Of a DNA stretch of 64,000 nt, positions 40,375 through 50,594 are shown one piece after another. Below the pieces are notes generated by a model that did not search any database, was not told the origin of the DNA, and worked only from the letters and a program-made list of their open reading frames with translations. The first letter of the stretch is position 1; every line of letters begins with the position of its first letter. The position numbers were made by a program, and so were the translations under genes. Source of the stretch: Promethearchaeota archaeon (GTDB taxonomy: Archaea; Asgardarchaeota; Lokiarchaeia; Sigyniarchaeales; SOKP01); contig JAFGOA010000066.1 in NCBI GenBank assembly GCA_016926735.1, positions 1-64,000 on the forward strand. The letters are read 5' to 3'.

Positions 40375-40626
40375 TTGTATATTATTAAAAATAATCACGG
40401 GGTTATTATTATATCAAGACAAGCAGAAAGCCAAGATATTGAATGGGCGAGGGATTGGAATACAATTGTTAATGTTTTTAATATAATAGAAGAATTAAAG
40501 GTAGAATTAACTAAACTAGATGTCAATTATTTAAGAGAATTGCAGCAAAAAATATTGATTCTTAATTTAGAAAAATATGCATGGTCACTTCAAAATTATA
40601 TTATAGATAAATACACAAAAGAATAA
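40375..40626 (+). CDS. Small helical hypothetical protein
   Basis: Coding-like composition (SRQAESQDIEWARDW...); the true start may be ATA 40411. Confidence 0.6.
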   Translation: MYIIKNNHGVIIISRQAESQDIEWARDWNTIVNVFNIIEELKVELTKLDVNYLRELQQKILILNLEKYAWSLQNYIIDKYTKE

Positions 40627-40740
40627 TATATCGATAGATTTTCACTATTATAAATAAAACTTTAGTATAGTTATATTATATTATAAAAATAAGACTTCTA
40701 ATAACATTAAGATAAAAATATATTATTTGCCTAAAATGAA

Positions 40741-41499
40741 TCAATTTTCCTTTCCTATTTCTTGCTCTTCCTCGATTATTTTTGATTCTTCAATAATTTT
40801 ACTCGTACCATTGTTTTTTTCCAATAATTCCGTAAGAATTACATTATTAAAAGACATAAGTATACGTGGAGTATATCCTTCTGCTAAATAATTTCCATCA
40901 TTTATTTCTTCTTTTAAGGGAAATAACTGTTTTTCCATAATACTTGAACCCATATATTCCTTTTTGTATTCTCTGTATCCATAAATTTTATTCTTTACAA
41001 TTACCATTTTTCTACTATATCCCTCAGGTAATCCAATTTTTTCTAAAATTAATAAGATTTTTTCTCTTGATAATGATTCCAGTAATTGCAAATCTTTTTC
41101 AGTTCCTTCATAAGAGGGGCCCTCTTGAATATGCTCATAGTCTATTTCCTTTTCAAGACCCGTCATAATTTTAAATGCCATTGTCTCATCACCCTCATCA
41201 ACAGCAGTTATTTTATAGGATATAGCATATTGATCCCTTATTTTTGGAGCTATTTTTGCCGCTACAAATTTCATTCTTGTTGTAACGTTATTTCCATGCC
41301 AAATCCAAACCCGATATCTTTTAGGATCGATAAATAAAGTTATAAAATCAGAATCTAATAAATCATATAAGAGAACATCTTTTTGTATTTCTAATTCTTG
41401 GAAATCTTGCATTTCATCATTAAATTGAAATACTACTATCTTTTCGGCTTCCTTATTCGATATCGGAGCTTTTTTAGCTGATTGTTTTTGTTTAGACAT
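40741..41499 (-). CDS. Gelsolin-like domain protein
   Basis: LLDSDFITLFID..VWIWHGNN..KF.AA..A..I...VDEGDE..AF matches a gelsolin repeat pattern. Confidence 0.65.
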   Translation of the reverse strand: MSKQKQSAKKAPISNKEAEKIVVFQFNDEMQDFQELEIQKDVLLYDLLDSDFITLFIDPKRYRVWIWHGNNVTTRMKFVAAKIAPKIRDQYAISYKITAVDEGDETMAFKIMTGLEKEIDYEHIQEGPSYEGTEKDLQLLESLSREKILLILEKIGLPEGYSRKMVIVKNKIYGYREYKKEYMGSSIMEKQLFPLKEEINDGNYLAEGYTPRILMSFNNVILTELLEKNNGTSKIIEESKIIEEEQEIGKEN

Positions 41500-41597
41500 T
41501 GGTTAATTAATATATATATTTTTGAGATTTTTAAAAATTACTCATTTACATTTAGGTAAATTTATATCAATATAAATATGATAGAAAAACGAATAAG

Positions 41598-41702
41598 TGC
41601 GGAAAGGGAGATTTGAACTCCCGAAACTCCTATGAGACTGGATCTCTCAGAGAATCATCTCTTCTGAGTCCAGCGCCTTTGACCAGACTTGGCAATTCCC
41701 GC
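41598..41702 (-). tRNA. tRNA-Leu(CAG) with a 19-nt intron at 37/38 (41644-41662)
   Basis: Acceptor GCGGGAA/TTTCCGC-A, anticodon stem CTGGA/TCCAG, long variable arm, T-loop TTCAAAT; canonical BHB (CTCA/TGAG helix, GA|A and AG|A bulges, GAGA/TCTC intron stem). Confidence 0.93.
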
Positions 41703-41715
41703 ATTAATCTTTTGG

Positions 41716-42393
41716 TTAGTCATTAAAATAAGAATTAGGATTAAAAACTCTTTCAATATCTTTTTCATCGAATTCACCGCTCCAATTTTCTTTTAGAACA
41801 GCAAATTCATTGGTATTATTCGGATTTATAATAGTATGAAAAGTTCCTAAATCATGTTCAAAAATACGTCCAGATTCTACGAAATAATGAACTTTACTAC
41901 CAGTTAGTATAATAGGTTTACCTCCTAATATTTCCCATTTTTCATTTCTTTTTTTATGAGTTTGGATAGAAATACCTAAATTTGGTTTTATAAATAATAA
42001 ATTATAATCAAGATATGTAAATTTTATACTATACCATTTCGATAAAAAATCTGTATATCCAGAAGGAACTTTATGAGTATTTATAAATTCTTGAGGGTCA
42101 ATATTCTTTTTTTCATTATTTTCATATATATAAGGATCATAGATAATCTCATGATTTGATATATCTAAATTGTATTCTATTTCTAAAGGAGACTTAGATT
42201 TATTTATAATCATATAATAATTATTGGGGGCAATTTTTAACTTATTTAAAGAAATATTTTCAATAAGAAATTCTGTATGATTGATAATGAAAATCTTATT
42301 TAACAATTCTTCTGGTATTCTTATTATAAGTATTTTTGGACCATTTTTTCTTAGTAAAGTACCCTTCTCAGGTTCTATTATTTCTTTCTTCAC
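41716..42393 (-). CDS. Cupin-domain protein (mannose-6-phosphate isomerase C-terminal-like)
   Basis: ISIQTHKKRNEKW..FHTIIN..E..FDEKDIERV. Confidence 0.7.
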   Translation of the reverse strand: MKKEIIEPEKGTLLRKNGPKILIIRIPEELLNKIFIINHTEFLIENISLNKLKIAPNNYYMIINKSKSPLEIEYNLDISNHEIIYDPYIYENNEKKNIDPQEFINTHKVPSGYTDFLSKWYSIKFTYLDYNLLFIKPNLGISIQTHKKRNEKWEILGGKPIILTGSKVHYFVESGRIFEHDLGTFHTIINPNNTNEFAVLKENWSGEFDEKDIERVFNPNSYFND

Positions 42394-42540
42394 TTATTAA
42401 AACTCTTTTTTGTTATTGATATATGAAATGAATATTTTATTTTTTAAAAAAACTACATTTGATCATTTTGCATTCAATAAATTTTTTATTAGAAAAGAAG
42501 AGATTTAATACTATTTTTTGAAAAGGTCAAGGTTGTAAAT

Positions 42541-43464
42541 CTATTTTATCACATAGGTTAATTTTTTATTTTCTTCTATATCGAGACATAATTCATTACG
42601 TATAACATTTCGAATAATATATCCGGCAATGTGTAGTATTGAATCTTTTAAGATATTATCTGCATCCATACTTGCACTACATGGATATGAGTGATGAGCT
42701 CTACTGATTTTTTCATTAATAGAACTATCATGATTCTTAAATTTTTTAAAATAATCACCTCTTAACTGCTGCAAAATAAAATATGTAGACCCGCAGGGAG
42801 CACTTATATGTACACATACATCTTCTATGTAATTTTCCTTTTGATTAATTTTTAAGGATACTTTTGGTGTCCCTATTTTAAAAATATCAATAAACTGATC
42901 AATATATTGGTGATTTTTAGTAATATTAAAATCTATTTTATTATATTCATCTTCTTCTTTATTGAGAGCACAGAATGGTTTGGGAAAGGCTGCTTGAATT
43001 CCTTCTTTTTCAAAAGCTTTTAATACTTGAATCTGTAATCCAGGAGGGACCCATGAGGGATCTTCCAACGGTATTATAATAGCTTTTACTTTTTTTTTAT
43101 TCAACAATTCAGGTAATCCTGAGAGTAAATCTTTATGGATATTTATAACTAATAAAAAGTCAAGTTCTGGAAGGTTATGGGGAAGAAATTCATTTGGATC
43201 GTCAATAAATAGAGGAATATTCTCTCCAATTTTCTGATAATAATACAATTTATCTGATGAACTTAATAACCCCCTTCTACATTTATCACATTTAATTTTA
43301 AGTTCTAAATCTTCACAAGCGGTACAAAATTGATCATTATTAATGAGATGACCAATAAATCTCTCTGCAAATGTTTTTGCTTCTGGTGTAGAACCATATA
43401 TAATTCCCAACCTTAATTTATTGTTCTCAAGATTCATTATAATGTTTATTATAAAGAGGTTCAA
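42541..43464 (-). CDS. DUF166 family protein
   Basis: FIDDP, AFPKPFCAL, SAPCGST, HHSYPCSASM, LHIAG. Confidence 0.8.
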   Translation of the reverse strand: MNLFIINIIMNLENNKLRLGIIYGSTPEAKTFAERFIGHLINNDQFCTACEDLELKIKCDKCRRGLLSSSDKLYYYQKIGENIPLFIDDPNEFLPHNLPELDFLLVINIHKDLLSGLPELLNKKKVKAIIIPLEDPSWVPPGLQIQVLKAFEKEGIQAAFPKPFCALNKEEDEYNKIDFNITKNHQYIDQFIDIFKIGTPKVSLKINQKENYIEDVCVHISAPCGSTYFILQQLRGDYFKKFKNHDSSINEKISRAHHSYPCSASMDADNILKDSILHIAGYIIRNVIRNELCLDIEENKKLTYVIK

Positions 43465-43585
43465 AATTTTAATTATTATTATAATATTTCATAATCATAT
43501 TATTTCTTTAGATGAACATGTTCTTTTCTTATAAAAAAAAAACTTTTAAATATTATAACAGAGGTATATCTAATTATTTTCAAAA

Positions 43586-44107
43586 ATGATCGATATGAAT
43601 GAAAAGAAAACATTAACAATTAGAAAAATATTGAGAATTATTTTTGCTGTATTAATGTTCCTTATTCTCGTTTTGCCAATGTACAATATAACAAACTATA
43701 TGAGTATCATTAATCCTTCTTCAAGTGGAATAGCAGAGTTAAAACCTATAAATAGTCTTATTAATTTAGAAAAATATGGGGGTTCTCCTTGGATACATGT
43801 AAATCATATATATGTTATAATTCTCGGAATAATAATGTATCTTGGTATGATATTAGCAATTTTAAGTATAAAAGATAATTTTAATAAAAAAATGAAAGGA
43901 TTTACATGGATAATAAGTTCGATTCTAATACTAATCCCTAGTTTACTTTATATGTTTACCCCTTTTGATGCCGACTTAACTGGTACTATGGAGATAGTCA
44001 CAAATTATAACGGAACAATTATGATAAATGCGGGAGCTATATTAGCTTGGATTATGATAATTTTGATAATTACTGAACAATTTATCCTTGTAAAAAAGAG
44101 AACGTAA
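43586..44107 (+). CDS. Four-TM membrane protein of unknown function
   Basis: Four hydrophobic segments. Confidence 0.65.
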   Translation: MIDMNEKKTLTIRKILRIIFAVLMFLILVLPMYNITNYMSIINPSSSGIAELKPINSLINLEKYGGSPWIHVNHIYVIILGIIMYLGMILAILSIKDNFNKKMKGFTWIISSILILIPSLLYMFTPFDADLTGTMEIVTNYNGTIMINAGAILAWIMIILIITEQFILVKKRT

Positions 44108-44232
44108 TTAAATAATAAAGTTAAAATTATTAAAAAATATTAATTCAATAATCTCTAATTTATATCTCTTTTTTTTATAAAAAAAATCTTTACAAGTTTG
44201 ATTTCTTTTTTAGAATATAATGAAATTTTATT

Positions 44233-45093
44233 TTGAATAATCACTATTGTTCTATTAAGATGAACACACAAAATCATATATTCTCTGAGATTTTAGAGAA
44301 TTTAGCATTTATATTTAATAACTCGGATATAAAATATTCTTTAATTCCTATAAAGAGTAATAAGAATTTAATATATGAAATAAAACTTAGTAGTAAGGTT
44401 AATAATACTTCTGATGAATATATTATAAAGAAATTACAAAAAGAATCTGCGACGATCGAATATAATGTGATCAAACGAGTTAAAAAACAAAATATAAAAG
44501 TTCCTTCTATTTTACATTATAAAAATCCTATTATTATCCAAGAAAAAATAAAAGGACCTAATTTATGCGATTATATCAATACTCCTCTCATTGGAAAGAA
44601 TGATTTTACAAAAGTGAGAAAGAAGGATAAGGATCGTCTTTATGAAATCATAAAACAATTAGCGAAGTGGTTAGCTACGTTTCATAATAAAAATATTGTT
44701 TCTAGTGAAAATGATGAAAAAATAATTGTTTTGAATAAAGGAGATACTCGACTAAAGAATTTTATTTTAAATGAAGCGGACAATATGATATATGGTATTG
44801 ATTTTGAAGAATCATATGAAGGGAATTATATTGATGATATTGCATGGATTTGTTGTTCATTAATTGATACAAATCCAGGTGTTTTTGAAATGGAATGTCC
44901 ACTCCACAAAATAGAATTGTTAAATCTATTCCTTAGAGAATATTTCATTATAAATCATAACTTTAAATTTTCATTTGAAAATTTTACACAGACTTTAATT
45001 GAAAATTTAAATAAGGTAATTATTCGAAGGGGATTAGGTTTTGGATTTCTCAACAAAAATACTTTCCTTAATAAAATAATAAAAGAGATATAA
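44233..45093 (+). CDS. Protein-kinase-like (APH/Bud32/RIO-type) phosphotransferase
   Basis: IIKK, VPSIL, EKIKG, KGDTRLKNF, GIDFE, DDIA. Confidence 0.8.
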   Translation: MNNHYCSIKMNTQNHIFSEILENLAFIFNNSDIKYSLIPIKSNKNLIYEIKLSSKVNNTSDEYIIKKLQKESATIEYNVIKRVKKQNIKVPSILHYKNPIIIQEKIKGPNLCDYINTPLIGKNDFTKVRKKDKDRLYEIIKQLAKWLATFHNKNIVSSENDEKIIVLNKGDTRLKNFILNEADNMIYGIDFEESYEGNYIDDIAWICCSLIDTNPGVFEMECPLHKIELLNLFLREYFIINHNFKFSFENFTQTLIENLNKVIIRRGLGFGFLNKNTFLNKIIKEI

Positions 45094-45208
45094 TTAATAT
45101 TTATATTATCGATTTTATAAGACTTATATTTTAAAGAATAGTTAAAAAGAATTACTTATATTAGATATTCATAAAAAAATCTATAAAAAAATAGTAAGGA
45201 TAAGAAAA

Positions 45209-45961
45209 ATGAGTGGAATTACAGATTCTAAAAGTGCTATAAAGAAGATATTAATGCTTATTGAGGGAATTAAAGGTTTAAATTCAGATTCTATTCCAAA
45301 ATTAATAGAACAGCCTAATAATTTGCTTGGTTCGGTTGAAGCCTTTGAAACTGAAAAGAATAATAATTTAAAAACAATTGAAACAAATACAGATGAAATA
45401 AATAAATTAAAAACGAAAATATCTCAAAATGATCGAGATACATTGAAATTGGATGAGGAAATTAAGGATCTAAACAATAAGAAACAAGAACATTTAAATA
45501 AAATTCAAGAAATTCAAAATAAACTTGTAGAAGTACAAGAAACAATTAAAACCAAAAAACAGGAACTTGAATCAAGAACAAGTAGATTAAAAGAACTAGA
45601 TAATAAAATTTCAAATCTTAAGGTAGAACAAGAAAAATTTGAGGAAAAAATTAATGCACTTCAAAAAGAATTAGAAGGAAATTATAATAAAAGAAAATTA
45701 TATGTAGAAACTTATATGAATCGCGTTGCAGCTATGAATCTTTTAATAAAAAAAGAATATATTCAATCGGCTCAAATTAAATTAATAAAAGCACTTCAAT
45801 TAGATGCATCTTTGGATTTGAAAAGTATTTTAATTGCAATTGATATGAAAGAAGATAAAGCAAAACAAATCCTCAAAAAAATGGTTGAAGAAAATGGACC
45901 AATAAAATATGATGAGAGTGCTGGTACAGTTACCTTAACACAGGAGGTGGACTTTAAATGA
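45209..45961 (+). CDS. Coiled-coil protein with C-terminal winged-helix-like domain
   Basis: About 150-aa heptad region, then LDLKSI..EDKAKQILKKMVE..IKYD..TVTL. Confidence 0.7.
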   Translation: MSGITDSKSAIKKILMLIEGIKGLNSDSIPKLIEQPNNLLGSVEAFETEKNNNLKTIETNTDEINKLKTKISQNDRDTLKLDEEIKDLNNKKQEHLNKIQEIQNKLVEVQETIKTKKQELESRTSRLKELDNKISNLKVEQEKFEEKINALQKELEGNYNKRKLYVETYMNRVAAMNLLIKKEYIQSAQIKLIKALQLDASLDLKSILIAIDMKEDKAKQILKKMVEENGPIKYDESAGTVTLTQEVDFK

Positions 45962-46695
45962 GTACATCAAAAGAAGTTATAAGTTTGATTGAGCAATTTG
46001 AAAATATATTTGATGCATATCAACAATCTCTTAAGAAGAATTCTGATGAAATAATTCAAAATCTTAGCTCAATTTGGAAAAATATGAAATCAGAACAGGA
46101 TGAAATAGTTAAACTCGAGGAAAGAATAAGAACTCAAAACTCTGAATTAACTGAATTGAGAACTAAATCAGCTGAATTAGATAAAAAAATTGAAGATCTT
46201 AAATCAAACAAAGAAGAACTTAATTCTAAAATCATTGAACTTACTTCAACTCTTGAGAGAAACACAACTGAATTAAAGAAACCAGAATTTGAACTTGAAA
46301 CAATTCTTTCTAATTTATCATCAACAAATGAGAAAATCCAAGAAAAAGAAGGAGAAAAAACAGTTTTAGATCAAAAAAAATTGAGTAATGAACAAAAAGA
46401 AGTTGATTTAAAAAACAGTTTCTCTGAAGAAAAAATGGAAGTATTAGAAAATCAGTTAAAAGAAATCCGGATTAAGAATTTCTTTAGTTCTTTCTTAATA
46501 GAACATTCCGATGCAGAAGTACCCGAAGTTGAGATTTTAGCAACAATTATGAATAGAGCAGGACAAGCAAATCTAGAAGATTTAAAGAAATCTTTAGGCA
46601 TTCCTCCAATTATGGCAGTAAGAACTATTAAACAATTAGCTGTAAAGGGAATTATTAATTTAAATGAAAATACCAACGAAATAACTATGAATTAA
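45958..46695 (+). CDS. Coiled-coil protein with C-terminal winged-helix domain (ATGA-coupled partner)
   Basis: Heptad region, then LEDLKKSLGIPPIMAVRTIKQLAVKGIINL; 4-nt overlap with the upstream gene. Confidence 0.72.
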   Translation: MSTSKEVISLIEQFENIFDAYQQSLKKNSDEIIQNLSSIWKNMKSEQDEIVKLEERIRTQNSELTELRTKSAELDKKIEDLKSNKEELNSKIIELTSTLERNTTELKKPEFELETILSNLSSTNEKIQEKEGEKTVLDQKKLSNEQKEVDLKNSFSEEKMEVLENQLKEIRIKNFFSSFLIEHSDAEVPEVEILATIMNRAGQANLEDLKKSLGIPPIMAVRTIKQLAVKGIINLNENTNEITMN

Positions 46696-46897
46696 TTACT
46701 TTTTATTTTTCATTTTTCATTTTTTTTATAAGTTTGATATATTCTATTTTGAATTATTTTCACATATAAAAAGATTATAAAATGATCAATTATGAGGAAT
46801 ATTTTTTTTTGAAATTCAAATTTTCATGCAAATTAATAAGAATAAACATATCTAAAAGCTTTAAATCAAAAAATTCTTATATATTTAAAATATAAAT

Positions 46898-47959
46898 TTA
46901 TAATTTCTTAAGAGAAATTCCTGTTGCTTTAAATGAAGCATAAATTTGATCTCCTTTATTCAAGTTTAAATCTTCTTTAGCATTAGAGGTGATATATGAT
47001 ATTAATCCATTAGACATCGTAACTTGGATTAATTCTTTAGATATTGAAAAGATTTCTTTTATATTTGTTTTTAAATTGTTTCTCATACTACTTTTTAATA
47101 AGGATTTCGATAATACTATATTTTCTGGTCTTATAAAAATAGTTACTTTACCAGAATTGAACTCCGATAAGCAATATATGATATTATCATCAAATTTAAC
47201 TTCGGCTATTCCCTCATTATTATTTATAATAATTCCTTCAAATATATTTTCAATACCCACAAATTTTGCATTGGATACCGATTTTGGATGATTAAAAATA
47301 GATTTTGGGGTTCCAGTATCTACAATCTTTCCATTCATTATTAAAGAAATTCTATCACCTAATATAGCCTCATCTTGATTATGGGTTACTTTTATAATTG
47401 TTAAATCATCCTGTTCATGAATTAATTTTACAACCTTTATAGCAGCTTTTTTAGCAACAGGATCTAAAGCACTAAAAGGTTCATCTAATAATAATATACG
47501 GGGATTAGTGATTAATGCTCTTGCTAATGCTGTTTTTTGCTGTTCACCTCCAGATAAAGTATTAGGGTATCTATCTTTTATATGAATGATGCCAAGCTTT
47601 TGCATAATTTCTTTTGTCCTATCATTTATTTCTTCTCGTTTTATTTTTCTTATTTCAAGACCAAAACTAATATTACTTTCTACATCCATATGTGGAAACA
47701 ATGAATAATCTTGATAGACAAATCCTATATTCCTTTCGTAGGATCGAATTTTTGACATATCATTTCCATTAAATAATATTTTTCCTTTTTTTAATTTATG
47801 AAAACCAGCAATAAGTTCTAATAGAAGAGTTTTTCCGGCACCTGTTGGACCCAATATAACAAAATATTCTTTTTCTTTAATACTTAGGCTGATATTTTCA
47901 AGTTTAAAATTCCCAAAATCAGCAGATATATTTTTTAATTCAATAATAGGAAGATCCAT
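46898..47959 (-). CDS. wtpC: Tungstate/molybdate ABC transporter ATPase with TOBE domain
   Basis: GPTGAGKT, LSGGEQQ, LLLDEP, SSMRN..ASFKA. Confidence 0.88.
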   Translation of the reverse strand: MDLPIIELKNISADFGNFKLENISLSIKEKEYFVILGPTGAGKTLLLELIAGFHKLKKGKILFNGNDMSKIRSYERNIGFVYQDYSLFPHMDVESNISFGLEIRKIKREEINDRTKEIMQKLGIIHIKDRYPNTLSGGEQQKTALARALITNPRILLLDEPFSALDPVAKKAAIKVVKLIHEQDDLTIIKVTHNQDEAILGDRISLIMNGKIVDTGTPKSIFNHPKSVSNAKFVGIENIFEGIIINNNEGIAEVKFDDNIIYCLSEFNSGKVTIFIRPENIVLSKSLLKSSMRNNLKTNIKEIFSISKELIQVTMSNGLISYITSNAKEDLNLNKGDQIYASFKATGISLKKL

Positions 47960-47969
47960 CTTTATATAA

Positions 47970-48782
47970 TCACCTCAATTCTAAATCCTTTACTCCTGTA
48001 AGATAGTGAATTATAATAAATATAAAAAAGCATAATAATATCAATAAGAGTGCAACAGGTCCTGAACCAGCTAATCCTTGTGTATTAAATAGAAAATAGA
48101 CTAACACAGGAGCAATCATAGGATAATATGCTATTAAAATTACAGCACCAAATTCACTTATTCCTCTAGCCCAACACATAACTGACCCTGTGATAATATG
48201 ACGCTTATTCAGTGGAAGCATGATTTTAGTAAATATTTTACGTTCATTTGCACCTAAACTCTTACCTATTTTAGAATAATGAGGATTTATCATTTTAAAT
48301 CCATCTCTCACTGTATTTATATATATCGGCATACTTACAAATAACAATGCTACTATAATTCCATTGATATTTTCTTCAAATAAAATCCCTAATTCTTTTA
48401 ATGGTGCCCCAATTAACCCTCCTCTATAAAATAAAGAAAAAATAATTAATCCCGCTACGCTATGAGGAATCATAATTGGGATGTTAAGAATGGAATTGAT
48501 AATTGATTTACCTCTAAATTTAAATTGTGCTAATAAATAAGATAAAGGAGTTCCAAAAATGATAGTTATTATTGTTGCTACAAAAGAAGCATAAAATGTT
48601 AAGATAATTGTATATAATACATATTCGTCTGCTATTACTTTAATGAAATTATTAAAATTCAATACTAAATGACTAATAACCATCTCTATAATGGCTAATA
48701 TAATTAGCATAAGAAGTAAAGAACCAAAAAAAATAAGAAAAATAAGAAAAAAATAATGTTTAAAAAAATTTCTAAATCTCAT
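47970..48782 (-). CDS. wtpB: Tungstate/molybdate ABC transporter permease
   Basis: GTPLSY, PIMIPHSVAG, WARGISEFGAV. Confidence 0.88.
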   Translation of the reverse strand: MRFRNFFKHYFFLIFLIFFGSLLLMLIILAIIEMVISHLVLNFNNFIKVIADEYVLYTIILTFYASFVATIITIIFGTPLSYLLAQFKFRGKSIINSILNIPIMIPHSVAGLIIFSLFYRGGLIGAPLKELGILFEENINGIIVALLFVSMPIYINTVRDGFKMINPHYSKIGKSLGANERKIFTKIMLPLNKRHIITGSVMCWARGISEFGAVILIAYYPMIAPVLVYFLFNTQGLAGSGPVALLLILLCFFIFIIIHYLTGVKDLELR

Positions 48783-48813
48783 AGTAATATTTCTTAAATT
48801 TATAAATTTATAA

Positions 48814-49854
48814 TTATTCCTGAAAACAATAGGGTTGCAGATTAGTAGGCAAAATTATATAATTATCTGTAAGGCAAGGAATTAGAGGAGGTTGGCCCAG
48901 ATTTGTAAATATTGCTTGTCCAGTTCCATTAATTAGATATTCTATAAATCTTGCTCCTAAATCAGGATGATCTGCGATTTTTGGAACAGTTACTCCATAT
49001 GTTATTGATTTACCTGTACTTATCTCTCCATTATCCTTTATAACTTTAACTCGATTATATGTAGTGTCTAAATTTGAATCTTTTAGATTAATAGCATCTT
49101 CTAAAGTTATATAGTTCAAATTATGTTGTACCGCAACACTTAGATATTCAAATGCATAATCAATAGACCCTTCTTGGAGCAATGTAACTAAGTCAACCGA
49201 TTTATCTCTAATTCTTATTTTTGAAGTATCGGGATTAAGAGGTTCATTAGTAGTTATATTATAGTTAAGACCATCATCAACAACTTCTATATCAGAATGG
49301 TCTACAACACAATTATCAAAAATTGTCGAATTTCCATATTCAATTTCAGCTAATTGTAAAACCATAAGGGTTCTATATCCACAGGGATCCAAATTAGGAT
49401 TAGAAAATCCCCAAATCACACCAGATTTTTCAAAATACTCCCAAAAATTCGTATTATTAATATCATCTTTATAGCTACTATCATCAGTATAACAAATAAC
49501 CATTTCATTTGTTGCAAATTTTATATAATAGTCTTGATATTGTGAATCCATCCCAGGAATTAATGACCAATCAGCTAACGCTAAAACATCTGCCGTTTTC
49601 CCTGCTTCTGTAATCCAAGAAACACACTGTACACTCCCACCTGATTCTAAGAGTATATCTATTTTGGGAAAATCATCTTCAAATTCTGCTTCTATTGATT
49701 GAAGTGGTATCGTAAGACTTCCTGCATTGAATATTTTTACTTTAGTCTTTTGCGCTTCAGGATTTAAACCAAGAATATAAAATCCCCCAATTATTATCCC
49801 TGAAATAACAACTATAGATATAATTCCACTAATAAGTTTTGATTTTGTCTCCAT
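48814..49854 (-). CDS. wtpA: Tungstate/molybdate-binding protein WtpA
   Basis: FNAGSL, GSV, SNPNLDPCGYR, DYAFEYLSVA, ITYGVT; N-terminal TM anchor. Confidence 0.9.
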   Translation of the reverse strand: METKSKLISGIISIVVISGIIIGGFYILGLNPEAQKTKVKIFNAGSLTIPLQSIEAEFEDDFPKIDILLESGGSVQCVSWITEAGKTADVLALADWSLIPGMDSQYQDYYIKFATNEMVICYTDDSSYKDDINNTNFWEYFEKSGVIWGFSNPNLDPCGYRTLMVLQLAEIEYGNSTIFDNCVVDHSDIEVVDDGLNYNITTNEPLNPDTSKIRIRDKSVDLVTLLQEGSIDYAFEYLSVAVQHNLNYITLEDAINLKDSNLDTTYNRVKVIKDNGEISTGKSITYGVTVPKIADHPDLGARFIEYLINGTGQAIFTNLGQPPLIPCLTDNYIILPTNLQPYCFQE

Positions 49855-49883
49855 TTATTTCATCTTAAAACATGTAATTGATA

Positions 49884-49911
49884 TTCGATATGTATATTTG
49901 AACATATCGAT
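49884..49911. promoter_or_regulatory. ModE-like operator upstream of wtpA
   Basis: TTCGATATGTA-N6-AACATATCGAT; perfect 9-bp IR TCGATATGT/ACATATCGA; resembles the ModE consensus ATCGNTATATA-N6-TATATANCGAT. Confidence 0.6.
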
Positions 49912-50112
49912 TTAGTTATATTAATTGGTCTTTTTTTAAAAAGCTTAGTATATTTTTAATTTTCAATCTCCAATTTCCAATAGACAAATTATTTTCTAAT
50001 ATATTTTATTCATCAAAAATTCTATATAATTATAAAAATTAAACAGAATTACATGTAAATCATATTAAATTTTAAATAATTAAGATAAAAAATATATACT
50101 ATTTATTATTGA

Positions 50113-50140
50113 TATGATATGGATAATTATACATTTCGAT
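50113..50140. promoter_or_regulatory. Second, degenerate ModE-like operator upstream of moaC
   Basis: TATGATATGGA-N6-TACATTTCGAT, 21/28 identical to the wtpA box, ending 10 nt before the moaC ATG. Confidence 0.45.
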
Positions 50141-50150
50141 AAAAAATATT

Positions 50151-50585
50151 ATGATAGACATTATCAATAAGAAAGATATTACTAGAATAGCCGAAGCATC
50201 AGGAAAAATATATTTAAGCGCAGATACTATAGATAAAATAAAAAAAAAAGAAATTATAAAAGGTGATGTTGAAACTATATCAAGAATTGCGGCAATAAAT
50301 GGTGTAAAGAAAGTTCCGGAATTAATTCCTTTATGTCATCCAATTCCAATATTAAATATTTCTATTGAATATGATTATAACGATAAGAACTATATACTTG
50401 TCTCTTGTTTAGTAAAATCAATATCAAGAACAGGAGTAGAGATGGAAGCGCTGACAGGAGTAAGTATAGCTCTTTTAAATATCTGGGATTTAGTTAAAAT
50501 GTATGAAAAAAATAAAGAAGGCCAATATCCTCAAACAATAATTAAGGATATTAAAGTTATAAGAAAAGTGAAAATAATTGAATAA
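50151..50585 (+). CDS. moaC: Cyclic pyranopterin monophosphate synthase
   Basis: KGDV, LIPLCHPI, TGVEMEAL, WDLVK. Confidence 0.93.
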   Translation: MIDIINKKDITRIAEASGKIYLSADTIDKIKKKEIIKGDVETISRIAAINGVKKVPELIPLCHPIPILNISIEYDYNDKNYILVSCLVKSISRTGVEMEALTGVSIALLNIWDLVKMYEKNKEGQYPQTIIKDIKVIRKVKIIE

Positions 50586-50594
50586 ATTAATAAA

